Of a DNA stretch of 57,363 nucleotides, positions 28,612-38,553 are shown piece by piece. The DNA is from Pedosphaera sp. (lineage in GTDB: Bacteria > Verrucomicrobiota > Verrucomicrobiia > Limisphaerales > SIBH01). The stretch spans positions 1-57,363 of the forward strand of contig JANOQV010000032.1 of the NCBI GenBank assembly GCA_031414955.1. Direction: 5' to 3'. A model generated the notes under the pieces. That model did no database searches. It saw only the letters and a program-made list of their open reading frames with translations, and had not been told where the DNA came from. Position 1 is the first letter of the stretch, and each line of letters opens with the position of its first letter. The position numbers and the translations under genes are program-made.

Positions 28612-29370
28612 ATGCGCCTCGAACTCTTCTACAACCCGCGCCTGCTCTGTGAACGGCTGGCGGAGATTTCCCTCGCCCGTCGGCGGCTGGCCAGACTGCG
28701 CGGAACCGTTGCGGCCGGACTGACCACCGGCCACATCGATTCGCTGGAGCTGCTCGAACTGCTCCGTCCGAATCCTCCGCAGGTCATCTACGACGTGGGC
28801 GCGAATGTCGGCACGTGGACCTTACTGGCGAAGGCGCTCTTTCCGCAGGCGCAAATCCATGCCTTCGAGCCGCTGCCCAGGCATGGCGCTAAGTTCCGCA
28901 GCGCGACGCAGGCCCTCGACGGTGTTCACCTCCACGAGATCGGCCTTGGCGCGCAGCCGGCCCGCACGAATCTGAAGGTCACGGATTTCTCCGACGCCTC
29001 CAGCCTGCTCCCTCTGACCGAGACCGGAAAAAAGCAATGGCACCTCGAACGGGTGGAGGAAGTCCCGATCCAAGTGGAGCGGCTGGACGACTGGGTGGCC
29101 CGGCACCGGTTGCCCGGGCCGGACCTGATCAAACTCGACGTGCAAGGTTTCGAGTTGGAGGTGTTGCGCGGCGCGGAAAAATCCCTCGCGCGCACGAGGG
29201 CCGTCCTGCTCGAAGCAAGCTTCCAAAATTTCTACCAGGGCCAGTGCCGCTTCGAGGAGCTGGTTTCGTGGCTGGCCGGAGCGGGACTGCATGTCCGCGC
29301 ATTCGGCCACGGCACCGCCCTCGGCCGGGCTTTGGTTCAGTCGGATGTGCTTTTCTCCCGGACATACTGA
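28612..29370 (+). CDS. FkbM family methyltransferase
   Basis: YDVGANVG, AFEPLP and KLDVQGFELEVLRGA. Confidence 0.93.
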   Translation: MRLELFYNPRLLCERLAEISLARRRLARLRGTVAAGLTTGHIDSLELLELLRPNPPQVIYDVGANVGTWTLLAKALFPQAQIHAFEPLPRHGAKFRSATQALDGVHLHEIGLGAQPARTNLKVTDFSDASSLLPLTETGKKQWHLERVEEVPIQVERLDDWVARHRLPGPDLIKLDVQGFELEVLRGAEKSLARTRAVLLEASFQNFYQGQCRFEELVSWLAGAGLHVRAFGHGTALGRALVQSDVLFSRTY

Positions 29371-30281
29371 TGGGCAAGGGTTTCATCATCACTCAACTGC
29401 TCGGTGGGCTGGGAAACCAGATGTTCCAGTATGCGGCCGGTCGCCGCCTGGCCCATGATCACGGGCTCGAACTGAAACTGGATGCCAGCATTCTTCACGA
29501 CCACTCGCCCGGGCAGCATCACGTGAACCGCCATTTCGACCTCGACCTTTTCACCGTCGATCCCGCTTTCGCCAGCCCAGCCGAACGGTGGCGTTACAAT
29601 GCCCACGGGCTGCCCCGGCCGGTGCGGCTGCTCCGACGACTGCTTTGGCCGATGTCCCGGCGGAGCGCATGCATTGAGCCGTCCTTCCGTTTCCAACCCG
29701 ACCTCTTCCAGCGCGCAGAGCCGCCGGCTTACCTGGCCGGGTTGTGGCAGTCTTGGCGCTACTTGCACCCGATTGAAGATGTCCTCCGGCGTGACTTCAC
29801 TTTCCGCCAATCACTTCCGCCCCAAAGCACTGCGCTGGCCGAGGCGTTGCGTCAGCCCGGCTCCGTGTGCTTGAACGTCCGGCGCGGCGATTTCGTTTCC
29901 GTTCCTGACACTGCGGCTTGCTTGGGATTCGTGGGGTTGGACTATTACCGGGCGGCGACTGAGTTCATCCGGAGTCGCTCTGGCTCGCCCGCCCGCTATT
30001 TTGTCTTCTCCGATGACTTGGACTGGTGCCGGCGGGAACTGGCCTGGCTGGGGGACGGAGTAACGTTCGTGGAGCACACCCATGCCGGTCCCAAGTTCGG
30101 TCATTACCTGCACCTGATGTCGCTCGCGAATCACTTCGTCATTCCGAACAGCACCTTCGCGTGGTGGGCCGCCTGGCTTTCGCGGAGCGCGGACAAGCTG
30201 GTCATCGCTCCTGCCCAATGGTTTCGTGATGCCGCGTTGGATGCGCGTGACCTGTGCCCGGACGATTGGGTCAGACTCTGA
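29370..30281 (+). CDS. Alpha-1,2-fucosyltransferase (GT11)
   Basis: GGLGNQMFQYA, VRRGDF, FVFSDD and NSTFAWWAAWL. Confidence 0.92.
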   Translation: MGKGFIITQLLGGLGNQMFQYAAGRRLAHDHGLELKLDASILHDHSPGQHHVNRHFDLDLFTVDPAFASPAERWRYNAHGLPRPVRLLRRLLWPMSRRSACIEPSFRFQPDLFQRAEPPAYLAGLWQSWRYLHPIEDVLRRDFTFRQSLPPQSTALAEALRQPGSVCLNVRRGDFVSVPDTAACLGFVGLDYYRAATEFIRSRSGSPARYFVFSDDLDWCRRELAWLGDGVTFVEHTHAGPKFGHYLHLMSLANHFVIPNSTFAWWAAWLSRSADKLVIAPAQWFRDAALDARDLCPDDWVRL

Positions 30282-30283
30282 TC

Positions 30284-31180
30284 ATGCCCTTCTTCTCGGT
30301 CATCATTCCCACGTTCAACCGCGCCGCGCTGCTGGCCCGCACGCTGGAGTCGGTGCGACGGCAGACGTTCACGGATTACGAGGTGATCGTGGTCGATGAT
30401 GGTTCGACCGATGACACGCTGGAGTTGTTGCGGGGTTTCCCGGAAGTGAAAGTGCTCACGCAAAAGAATCGCGGGCCGGGAGCAGCACGCAATCTCGGCG
30501 TGCGCCAGTGCAGTGGCTGTTACCTGGCCTTTCTCGACAGCGACGACGTGTGGTTTCCGTGGAGCCTCGAAACGTACGCCGCGATTCTGCGCGCCCCGTC
30601 GGCTCCCGCGTTTCTGGCGGGCCAGCCGTTCCGCTTTCAGGATGAAGCCGAGTTGCCTATGTCCATGACCGGAACTGTGGAGCGGGAAAACTTTCCGGAC
30701 TACCTCGCTTCCGGTGATGAATGGCGCTGGTGGGGCGTGTCCTCCTTCGTCATTCGCGCCGACGCCTTTCGCGCGGCGGGCGGATTCTCCGAGGAGAACA
30801 TCAATGGCGAGGATGCCGACCTGGCTTTGAAGCTGGGCGAGGCGGCCGGCTTCGTTCAAGTCACCGCCCCGGTGACTTTCGGCTATCGCGAGCACGGCAC
30901 CAACGTGACCTCGAACTTGTCCAAATCTTTGGCCGGCATCTGGCAACAGGTGCGGACTGAAACTGCCGGCGGTTATCCCGGTGGCCCGCGCCGCGCTCGG
31001 GAACGCCGCCGCATTCTCACCCGGCAGATTCGCCCGCTGGCTTTGGATTGTCTGTGCCGCGGTGAGCGGCGCGAGGCTTGGAATCTCTACTGCGCCACCT
31101 TCCGGTGGCATCTCTCGCTGGCCCGGTGGAAATTCCTTTTGGCTTTTCCCCTTCGGGTTCTGTTCCCTCAAGGCCGCTGA
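30284..31180 (+). CDS. GT2 glycosyltransferase
   Basis: SVIIPTFNR, VDDGSTD, ARNLG and FLDSDD. Confidence 0.93.
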   Translation: MPFFSVIIPTFNRAALLARTLESVRRQTFTDYEVIVVDDGSTDDTLELLRGFPEVKVLTQKNRGPGAARNLGVRQCSGCYLAFLDSDDVWFPWSLETYAAILRAPSAPAFLAGQPFRFQDEAELPMSMTGTVERENFPDYLASGDEWRWWGVSSFVIRADAFRAAGGFSEENINGEDADLALKLGEAAGFVQVTAPVTFGYREHGTNVTSNLSKSLAGIWQQVRTETAGGYPGGPRRARERRRILTRQIRPLALDCLCRGERREAWNLYCATFRWHLSLARWKFLLAFPLRVLFPQGR

Positions 31181-31186
31181 CATCTC

Positions 31187-31762
31187 ATGCTTTCTCGATT
31201 TGAAACGTGGTTTTTTCGCGCGCCGCGCGGGCTGTTGAGCCGGGTCCGCCTCGCGCTCTATCGCGCCTTTGGTCTGCGGGCCGGACGCGGCAACCGGATG
31301 GAACGGGTCCGCTGCCGCCGTGTTTCCCAAATCGTGCTGGGCGACCGCAACGCCTTCACCGACGGCTGCTGGCTCTGGCCCACCGAGCATCCCGGCGCGG
31401 GCGTTCGCATTCGCATCGGCAGCGGCAATTACTTCAATCGCGACGGCATCATTGATGCGAACGGCCTGGTCGAGATCGGCGACGACAACATGTTTGGCCC
31501 GGGCGTGTTCATCACGGACTCCAACCACGAGACAAAACCCGGAGTTCCTCCCAGCGCGCTGAAGATGGAAGTGGGCCGGGTGAAAATCGGGAACCGCTGC
31601 TGGATCGGCGCGCGCGCCATCATTCTCAAAGATGTTGAACTGGGCGACGATTGCATCGTCGGCGCGGGCGCGGTCGTGACGAAATCCTTTCCGGCCCGTT
31701 CGACCATCGCGGGAGTGCCGGCCCGATTGCTCCCCGCAACAAGTATTTCCAACCAGCCATGA
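31187..31762 (+). CDS. Hexapeptide-repeat acyltransferase
   Basis: IGNRCWIGARAIIL...VGAGAVVTK...AGVPAR. Confidence 0.92.
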   Translation: MLSRFETWFFRAPRGLLSRVRLALYRAFGLRAGRGNRMERVRCRRVSQIVLGDRNAFTDGCWLWPTEHPGAGVRIRIGSGNYFNRDGIIDANGLVEIGDDNMFGPGVFITDSNHETKPGVPPSALKMEVGRVKIGNRCWIGARAIILKDVELGDDCIVGAGAVVTKSFPARSTIAGVPARLLPATSISNQP

Positions 31763-32607
31763 AAGTTTTGATCGGCCTCATCACCCGCAACCGGGCCGAG
31801 CTGCTGCCCAAGGCCATCCAGTCCGCGTTGGATCAGGATTACCCGGAGAAGGAAGTAGTGGTGCTCGACATCGCATCCACGGACGGCACGCCGGCCATTC
31901 GCGCGCAGTTTCCACAGGTGCGCTGGATTCGCTCGGAAGAACGGCTGGGCATCCCGGAGTCGCGCAACCAGCTCATGAGCGAGACGGACGCGGCCTACTT
32001 CTTCAGCCTGGATGATGATGCGTGGTTTTTGCGGCGGGATGAGATCGCGCTGGGGGTGAAATTTCTGGAAGCGAACCCGGATTACTCTGTGGTGGCGTAC
32101 GACATTCTGCTGCCCGGCGATCAAGCGAAGCCGGAGCGCGGTCAACCTCGCGACACGGCCATCTTCATCGGCTGCGGTCATCTGCTTCGGCTGGCGGATG
32201 TGCGGCGGATCGATTTCTACGCGCCCAACCCCACGGTCTATGGCGGCAGCGAGGAATCCGATCTCTGTCTGCGATTGTTTGCGGGCGGGAAGAAAGTGAC
32301 CTTCCTCCCCGGCGTGCATGTCTGGCACGAACGGACCAACGTCGGCCGCAACGTGCTGGAGCAGTACAAGCACAACGTCTGCAACGATATGGTCTCGCTG
32401 CTGCGCCGATGCCCATTTCCGGATCTCATCTGGATGTTGCCGTATCGGCTGTTGTCCCATCTGCGCTTCGCCATCGGCCGTCGGTGGGTGAGTTCCTACT
32501 TCGTGGCCTTGGGCCTTTTTGCCCGCTGCTTGCCCAATGTGCTGCCTTCGCGGGAGGCGGTGGACACGGCTTCTTTCCGGAGGTTTTTGCGGCTGAGGCG
32601 CGGTTGA
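31759..32607 (+). CDS. GT2 glycosyltransferase
   Basis: ITRNR, ASTDGT, SLDDDA and GSEESDL. Confidence 0.9.
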   Translation: MKVLIGLITRNRAELLPKAIQSALDQDYPEKEVVVLDIASTDGTPAIRAQFPQVRWIRSEERLGIPESRNQLMSETDAAYFFSLDDDAWFLRRDEIALGVKFLEANPDYSVVAYDILLPGDQAKPERGQPRDTAIFIGCGHLLRLADVRRIDFYAPNPTVYGGSEESDLCLRLFAGGKKVTFLPGVHVWHERTNVGRNVLEQYKHNVCNDMVSLLRRCPFPDLIWMLPYRLLSHLRFAIGRRWVSSYFVALGLFARCLPNVLPSREAVDTASFRRFLRLRRG

Positions 32608-32673
32608 TTCCGGGTAAAACAAGAAATTTCACAACCCGCTTAAAACAGGGCTTTTAAGGAAAAAACCATATGC

Positions 32674-32940
32674 CTCGGAGGTCGGACATTGCAGCTCGGA
32701 GGTCAATCCATGCAGGTTCGAGGTTGGAGCTTGGAGCCAAAGGGTCAAACGGCGGTGGTCGCAGGTCGGGGCGGCCATTGGGGAGCTCGAGTGTTGATGC
32801 TCGGATCATCAACCGCCATGCCTGGAGGCCTGAGGTTGTTCCTTGCCGGATGGTTTGCAATGATCAGAGATGGAGCTTCTGACTTCGGAGTGTTGGTGTC
32901 CGAGCTTGGAGGTGCATCGTTTTACCTTGGAGCGTGAACG
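32674..32940. repeat. Degenerate 21-bp-phased array (about 13 units, YTCGGAG core, 7-bp sub-period)
   Basis: Unit starts: 32674 ctcggaggtc, 32695 ctcggaggtc, 32716 gttcgaggtt, 32758 gtcgcaggtc, 32800 ctcggatc, 32821 cctggagg, 32884 ttcggagt, 32905 cttggagg, 32926 cttggagc. Confidence 0.8.
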
Positions 32941-32982
32941 GTCCTTTCCCAAGCCGATGCGATAGTTTGCTGCTGACCAGAC

Positions 32983-34245
32983 ATGAGCTTCCAGCCTGAG
33001 CGGCCCATTTCTCCGACTTGGATCACTACGCAGATCGGCGCGCGGGAGCATTACCTGCCGCCCATCGCGCTGGCGCGGCGCGGACAACTCGACACCTGTT
33101 TCACGGATTTCTGGGCGGGGCCGCTGGTGCGCGGACTCGCGCCGTCCTTCAAAAAATTCCGCAGCCTGGCCAACCGTTACGAGCCGGAGCTGGATCAGTT
33201 CCCGGTCGTTTCCTTCAACGCGGGCGCGCTCTGGCAAAGCTGGCGGGAGAAGCAGCGCCAACGGCACGACGTGGAGTCGCTTTATGATTTCCACCGGCGC
33301 TATGGCGAGTGGTTTGGAGGGCGCGTCCGTGAGTCGTTGCAAAAGCGAAAGCTGGAGCCGGGAACGCACCGCTACTTCGGTTTCAACACCGGCTGCCTGG
33401 AAACGTTGGAGCATCTGCGCCCGCGGGGCGTGTTTTCGGTGGTGCAACAAATCGATCCGGCGCGCACCGAGCAACGGTTGATTCTGGAGGAGACGGCGCG
33501 CTGGCCCGGATGGCAGACCGATGCGGGGCACATTCCGGAATCGTATTTCCAGCGGCTGGAGGCGGAGTGGCGGCTGTGTTCGCTGGTCGTGGTGAACTCG
33601 GAGTGGTCCCGCAAGGCGCTCATCGAGCAGGGCGTATCACCGGAGAAAATGGTGGTCATCCCGCTGGCTTACGAACGGCCGCATGGGCAAAAGGCGCCGG
33701 AGCGCACTTATGCCGGGCGTCCGCTGCGGGTGCTCTGGCTCGGCAGTGTGATCCTGCGCAAGGGCATCGCCTACTTGATCGAGGCGGCGCGGTTGCTTCG
33801 GAAACGCCGGGTGGAATTCATCATCGCCGGCCCCATCGAAATCAACCTGCCGGCCATCCCGGATTTGCCGGACAACGTGAAGTTCCTCGGCCGTGTCCAG
33901 CGCAACGACGTGCCGCATGTGGTCGCGCAGGCGGACGTAAACGTGTTGCCCACCATCTCGGACGGGTTCGCCCTGACCCAGCTCGAAGCCATGGCTCAGG
34001 GCCTGCCCGTGATCACCACGCCGAACTGCGGTGCGGTGGTCACGCACGGCCAGGACGGCTTCATCGTTCCGATCCGCGATGCCAACGCGCTGGTCGAGGC
34101 CATCGCCCGGCTGGATGACGATCGCGAGCTGGTGGCACGCCTGGCCGCCGCCGCGCTGAAGACGGTGGAGCGGTTCTCGATTGCCCAATACGGCGAGCGG
34201 CTGGTGGCCGCGGCCGATGCGCACCAGGGGAGGAGTGCATCGTGA
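32983..34245 (+). CDS. GT4 glycosyltransferase
   Basis: LRKGI and DGFALTQLEAMAQGLPVI. Confidence 0.92.
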   Translation: MSFQPERPISPTWITTQIGAREHYLPPIALARRGQLDTCFTDFWAGPLVRGLAPSFKKFRSLANRYEPELDQFPVVSFNAGALWQSWREKQRQRHDVESLYDFHRRYGEWFGGRVRESLQKRKLEPGTHRYFGFNTGCLETLEHLRPRGVFSVVQQIDPARTEQRLILEETARWPGWQTDAGHIPESYFQRLEAEWRLCSLVVVNSEWSRKALIEQGVSPEKMVVIPLAYERPHGQKAPERTYAGRPLRVLWLGSVILRKGIAYLIEAARLLRKRRVEFIIAGPIEINLPAIPDLPDNVKFLGRVQRNDVPHVVAQADVNVLPTISDGFALTQLEAMAQGLPVITTPNCGAVVTHGQDGFIVPIRDANALVEAIARLDDDRELVARLAAAALKTVERFSIAQYGERLVAAADAHQGRSAS

Positions 34246-34259
34246 TTCAATTCTTGAGT

Positions 34260-34446
34260 TTCCCTCCCTCTCTTCCGCTCGAAGCGGAGGGGCGCCTCGT
34301 CTCCCTATCCCCGCCCAATAGCCGGATGTTTTCTCTCTCTCCCCGCGAGGCACGAGTGGGGAGAGAGCCGGAGAGAGGGGCCAGCCAGGAAAAACTCCTC
34401 CTCTCCCCGACCCTCTCCTCCCTTCTGCGTCGGGAAGAGAGGGAGG
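34260..34446. repeat. CCCTCTCC-type palindromic repeat cluster
   Basis: CTCTCTCCCCGC...GGGGAGAGAGCCGGAGAGAGGGG and inverted CCTCTCCCCGACCCTCTCC...GAGAGGGAG. Confidence 0.7.
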
Positions 34447-34455
34447 AGGCGGCCC

Positions 34456-35823
34456 ATGTTTGATACGCATATCCCCGCCATGGTCGTGCAGGGCTTCTGG
34501 CTGCTGGCCGCGCTGGTTTGGTTCCTGCGCCGCAACGACGAGCTGCCGTTGATGATCAGCGCCTTCCTCTTCTACGTGAGTTCGTTCCGGCTGTTCTCCC
34601 TGCTCCAAGGTTGGGCGAGTCTCGTGAACATTCAGTCCTTCGGGTTCAACTCCTTGAATTATTACACCGGGGTGGAGGCGCTGGAGTTGATCACGCTGGG
34701 AGAGAGCGTGCTGTTGCTGGCCTACTTCTTTTTTCAACGCCAATGGCTGGCCCCGGTGGCGCCTCGCTTGAATCCGTACCTGGCGGCCTGGCTGAAACCG
34801 AAGCTGCTGCTCTTTGCCTTCGTTGCGGTTCCCGTGGCGCTGGTCTGTCGCGTGCTCGCGGATCGGGCGGGCGAAACCAAGTCGCTGGCCTTTGAAGTCA
34901 GCGGCTATCTCTACCTATTCCCGCTCGTGCTGGTGAGCGTGATCATCCTGATGCTCATCCTGTGGAAGGCGGGCGCGTTCACCACCCGGTCGGAAAAGAA
35001 CGTCGCCCTGGCCATCGTCGCGTTCTGCGCCTTCCTGACCTATTCGCCCAGTTCGCGCTTTCAGTTTCTCGGCTGGATGATCGCGGGCACGGTGATTCTT
35101 GGTTCGGATCGGGCTGGGTTGCGTCGGGCGACGACGCTGGGTGCGGGCATTCTGGCCGCCCTCGTGATGTTCGCCGCCGCCGGTGCGCTGCGCACACTCT
35201 ACAGCTCGGATGAAGGCCTGTTGGTCGAGAGCGATTCACGCCAGACGACCTTTGAGCGGTTCCTGTCCGCGGAGGACGCCAACATGCTGGACGGGTTCTC
35301 GATTCTGCAACAGGTCTATCCGGACATGCTGCCCTTCAGTCATGGCCGCGAGCATTTGGAAGTTCTGCAACGGCCCATCCCGCGCGCCTGGTGGCCGGAA
35401 AAGCCGGTGGGCGGCTACATGAACAAGCTGGGGCTGACCACGGCGGAATCGAGCGGCACGCTGGGCATCTCGCCCACGCTCTTCGGATCGTTCTACGCGG
35501 AAGGAGGGGTGATGGGCATTGTGCTGCTGGCGCTGGTTTACGGGGCCATCCTGGGAAAACTGGTCAACGCGAGCCCGCGCTGGACGCCTTTTGCCGCCGT
35601 GCTGGTGCGGGCCGTGTTGTGCGCGTGGATTGTGCCGCTGCTCCGGGGCGGCGACCTGGCCAACATCTATTCCTGGTTCGGCATGGCCTTCTGGCCGTGC
35701 CTGGCCGTGCTGTGGTTCAACCGCCGCGAATTGTTCGCTCCCGAACCGGAGGACGAACCGGAAACCGAAACCGCGGCAGCAACAGAAACAGCTCCCGCTG
35801 ACCATCAACCTCCAGCCTCGTAG
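34456..35823 (+). CDS. wzy: O-antigen/oligosaccharide polymerase (Wzy-like)
   Basis: About 10 TM segments; IPRAWWPEKP and PTLFGSFYAEGG. Confidence 0.8.
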   Translation: MFDTHIPAMVVQGFWLLAALVWFLRRNDELPLMISAFLFYVSSFRLFSLLQGWASLVNIQSFGFNSLNYYTGVEALELITLGESVLLLAYFFFQRQWLAPVAPRLNPYLAAWLKPKLLLFAFVAVPVALVCRVLADRAGETKSLAFEVSGYLYLFPLVLVSVIILMLILWKAGAFTTRSEKNVALAIVAFCAFLTYSPSSRFQFLGWMIAGTVILGSDRAGLRRATTLGAGILAALVMFAAAGALRTLYSSDEGLLVESDSRQTTFERFLSAEDANMLDGFSILQQVYPDMLPFSHGREHLEVLQRPIPRAWWPEKPVGGYMNKLGLTTAESSGTLGISPTLFGSFYAEGGVMGIVLLALVYGAILGKLVNASPRWTPFAAVLVRAVLCAWIVPLLRGGDLANIYSWFGMAFWPCLAVLWFNRRELFAPEPEDEPETETAAATETAPADHQPPAS

Positions 35824-35834
35824 AAGTTTAGAAA

Positions 35835-37097
35835 ATGTCCGACCGACGTACTGATGGACCGTCCACCGGCTCACCGGCCCTCCGCCGGCTGGTGGTGATG
35901 TTCGACCGGCTGGGGCCGTATCACGTCGCGCGGCTCAAGGCCCTGGCCGGGGACTTTGCCGTGACGGCGCTGGAGTGCTTTGGCGAAACGGAGGAATACG
36001 CGTGGCAGAAAGTTTCCGCGCCCGACTCCTTCCAGCGCGTGACGCTCTTCCCCGAAAAGAGCGCCAATCAGATCGATGGCGCGGAATTGTCCGCGCGCGT
36101 CTGCTCCGCGCTGGATGCTGCGCGACCCGAGGCCGTGGCCATCCCCGGCTGGTTTCATCCCGGCGCCCGCGCCGCGCTCCAGTGGTGCGTGTCGGCGCGC
36201 CTCCCCGCCGTGCTCATGTCCGAGAGCACCGCCCACGACGCGCCGCGTTCCGTGGTGAAGGAATGGATCAAGGGCCGGATCGTTGGGCTGTTTTCCGCCG
36301 CGCTGGTCGGCGGCCGAGCCCACGTCGATTACCTCCGCCAGCTCGGCTTCCCGTCCGAGCGCATTTTCACCGGCTACGACGTAGTGGACAACACGCACTT
36401 CGCGAGAGGACGAACCGCCCACTGCCCACCGGCCCCTGACGCACCGCCCACCGGCCTTTTCTTTCTCGCCAGCGCCCGCTTCATCGAGAAGAAGAACCTG
36501 CCCATGCTGCTCCAGGCCTACGCCGAGTATCTGGCTCTGGCTACCGACGCACCGTCCACCGACGTACGGCCTACTGTCTCACCGCCCACCGCTCCCTGGC
36601 CTTTGGTCATCCTCGGCGATGGCCCTCTCCGTTCCGCCCTCAACTCTCAACTCTCAACTCTCAACCTGCACGGACACGTCCACCTGCCCGGCTTCAAGCA
36701 ATACGACGAACTGCCGGCCTGGTACGCGCGCGCCTCAGCCTTCGTTCACGTCAGCACGCACGAGCCGTGGGGGCTGGTGGTGAACGAAGCGATGGCGGCC
36801 GGACTGCCCGTGCTGGTTTCCAACCGCTGCGGGTGCGCGCCGGACCTGGTCGTGGAGGGTCGGAACGGATTCACCTTTGATCCAACCGACTCGCGTCAAC
36901 TCGCCGCGCTGATGAGTGACATGACGCAACGACCGGATCGCGAGGCCATGGGTCGCGAGAGCGAGTGGATCATCAGCCGCTGGAATACCAGCGCATTCGC
37001 CGCCGGGATGAGGTGCGCCGTCGATCGCGCCCGGTCGGTGGCGACGGCCCCGAGCCTGATCGGTCGCGTCGTGCTGGGAGCCTTGCTTCGTTCATGA
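35835..37097 (+). CDS. GT4 glycosyltransferase with repeat-derived in-frame segments
   Basis: GPYHVAR, ARFIEKKN and EPWGLVVNEAMAAGLPV. Confidence 0.92.
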   Translation: MSDRRTDGPSTGSPALRRLVVMFDRLGPYHVARLKALAGDFAVTALECFGETEEYAWQKVSAPDSFQRVTLFPEKSANQIDGAELSARVCSALDAARPEAVAIPGWFHPGARAALQWCVSARLPAVLMSESTAHDAPRSVVKEWIKGRIVGLFSAALVGGRAHVDYLRQLGFPSERIFTGYDVVDNTHFARGRTAHCPPAPDAPPTGLFFLASARFIEKKNLPMLLQAYAEYLALATDAPSTDVRPTVSPPTAPWPLVILGDGPLRSALNSQLSTLNLHGHVHLPGFKQYDELPAWYARASAFVHVSTHEPWGLVVNEAMAAGLPVLVSNRCGCAPDLVVEGRNGFTFDPTDSRQLAALMSDMTQRPDREAMGRESEWIISRWNTSAFAAGMRCAVDRARSVATAPSLIGRVVLGALLRS

Positions 37098-38257
37098 AAG
37101 TTCTCTTCACCGCCTGGTCTCTCTCCCGCAAATACGGCGGCATCTACAACACAATGCGCCTGCTGGGGCGGGCGCTTGGGGAAGCCGGCGTGAGCATGGC
37201 CGCTGCGGGCGTGGAGGACGAATTCAGCGAGCCGGATCGGGCCTCATGGCACCCGATGGTGCCGCAGTTTTGTCCGCCGATGGGACCGCGCTCGCTGGGC
37301 TATGCGCCCAACCTTTTGGCCAAACTCGACGCCATGGCCCCGGATGTCGTCCACGCGCACGGTCTGTGGACCCTCACCTCGCGCACCTCGCTGCGTTACT
37401 GCCGATCCCAACGCCGGCCCTATGTGGTTTCGCCGCACGGCATGATGGACCCGTGGGCCTTGCGCCAGTCGCGCTGGAAGAAGCGATTGGCCTGGGGCTT
37501 CTATGAGAAGGCGCATCTTTCCGGGGCCAGTTGTTTGCACGCGCTCTGCACCGCGGAGTTGGAGGCCATCCGCGCCGCCGGTTTGAGCAATCCCGTCTGC
37601 GTGATTCCGGTGGGCGTGGAACTGCCGACGGGTGAACCGGGGCCAGCGCCATGGATCGGGAAAATTCCGGCGGGTGAGAAAATTCTCTTCTCCTTTGGCC
37701 GGCTCCATCCCAAGAAGGGCTTGAAGGAACTCGTCACGGGCTGGACTTCGGGCGGCCGGCCGCAGGGCCAGGGCTGGCACCTCGTCATCGCAGGTTGGGA
37801 CCAGATTGGCCACGAACCGGAGCTGCGCGCGCTGATCGCCGGTCGTCCCGACGCGAACCGCATTCATTTCCTCGGCGCGCTTTCCGAGGCGGACAAGATC
37901 GCGGCCTTCGCGCACTGCGACGCCTTCGTGCTGCCTTCTTTCAGTGAAGGACTTCCGATGGTCGTGCTCGAAGCATGGGCCCAGGCCAAGCCGGCGCTTA
38001 TCACTCCGCGCTGCAACCTCGACCTTGGTTATGAGCGCGGTGCGGCCATCCGGATTGAACCCGATCCCGTCAGCATCGCCGCGGGTCTGCAAAAACTGTT
38101 CGCGCTGCCCGACGCCGAACGCCGCGCGATGGGGGAACGCGGACGCACCCTGATCAAGGAACGATTCCTGTGGCCGAAAGTCGCCGCTGACTTCCGGTCG
38201 GTCTATGCGTGGATCAGCGGCGCGGCGGGTAAGCCGGCCTGTGTTGTCGAGCCCTGA
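37094..38257 (+). CDS. GT4 glycosyltransferase
   Basis: HAHGLW, SPHGM, GRLHPKKG and SEGLPMVVLEAW. Confidence 0.93.
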   Translation: MKVLFTAWSLSRKYGGIYNTMRLLGRALGEAGVSMAAAGVEDEFSEPDRASWHPMVPQFCPPMGPRSLGYAPNLLAKLDAMAPDVVHAHGLWTLTSRTSLRYCRSQRRPYVVSPHGMMDPWALRQSRWKKRLAWGFYEKAHLSGASCLHALCTAELEAIRAAGLSNPVCVIPVGVELPTGEPGPAPWIGKIPAGEKILFSFGRLHPKKGLKELVTGWTSGGRPQGQGWHLVIAGWDQIGHEPELRALIAGRPDANRIHFLGALSEADKIAAFAHCDAFVLPSFSEGLPMVVLEAWAQAKPALITPRCNLDLGYERGAAIRIEPDPVSIAAGLQKLFALPDAERRAMGERGRTLIKERFLWPKVAADFRSVYAWISGAAGKPACVVEP

Positions 38258-38501
38258 TCGAATGCGCGCCGTCCCTCGTTTCAAAGTTCAATGTTCAATG
38301 TTTCCGCTATCTGCCTTCGTGTGCTTTGCCTTGGTCCCGGCCGTCCCGACGCACCGCCCACTGCCCACCGTTCTACCATCATCCCATGTCCGCTTTCTGA
38401 TTCCGCCGGCTCTGCTTTTCAGAAAGTCTCGTGGTTGTGCGGTCCTACAGTCCCTATTCAGGGGCGGAACTGATTGAAATCTAGGTGGATAGGTGAATGT
38501 G

Positions 38502-38534
38502 TTGAAAAACTAAGCGGGCCGTTTTAATTTTCAA
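38502..38534 (+). promoter_or_regulatory. Imperfect AT-rich palindrome (possible operator) upstream of the ATPase
   Basis: TTGAAAAACTAAGCGGGCCGTTTTAATTTTCAA. Confidence 0.4.
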
Positions 38535-38553
38535 GGAAGTCATTGGAAACATT

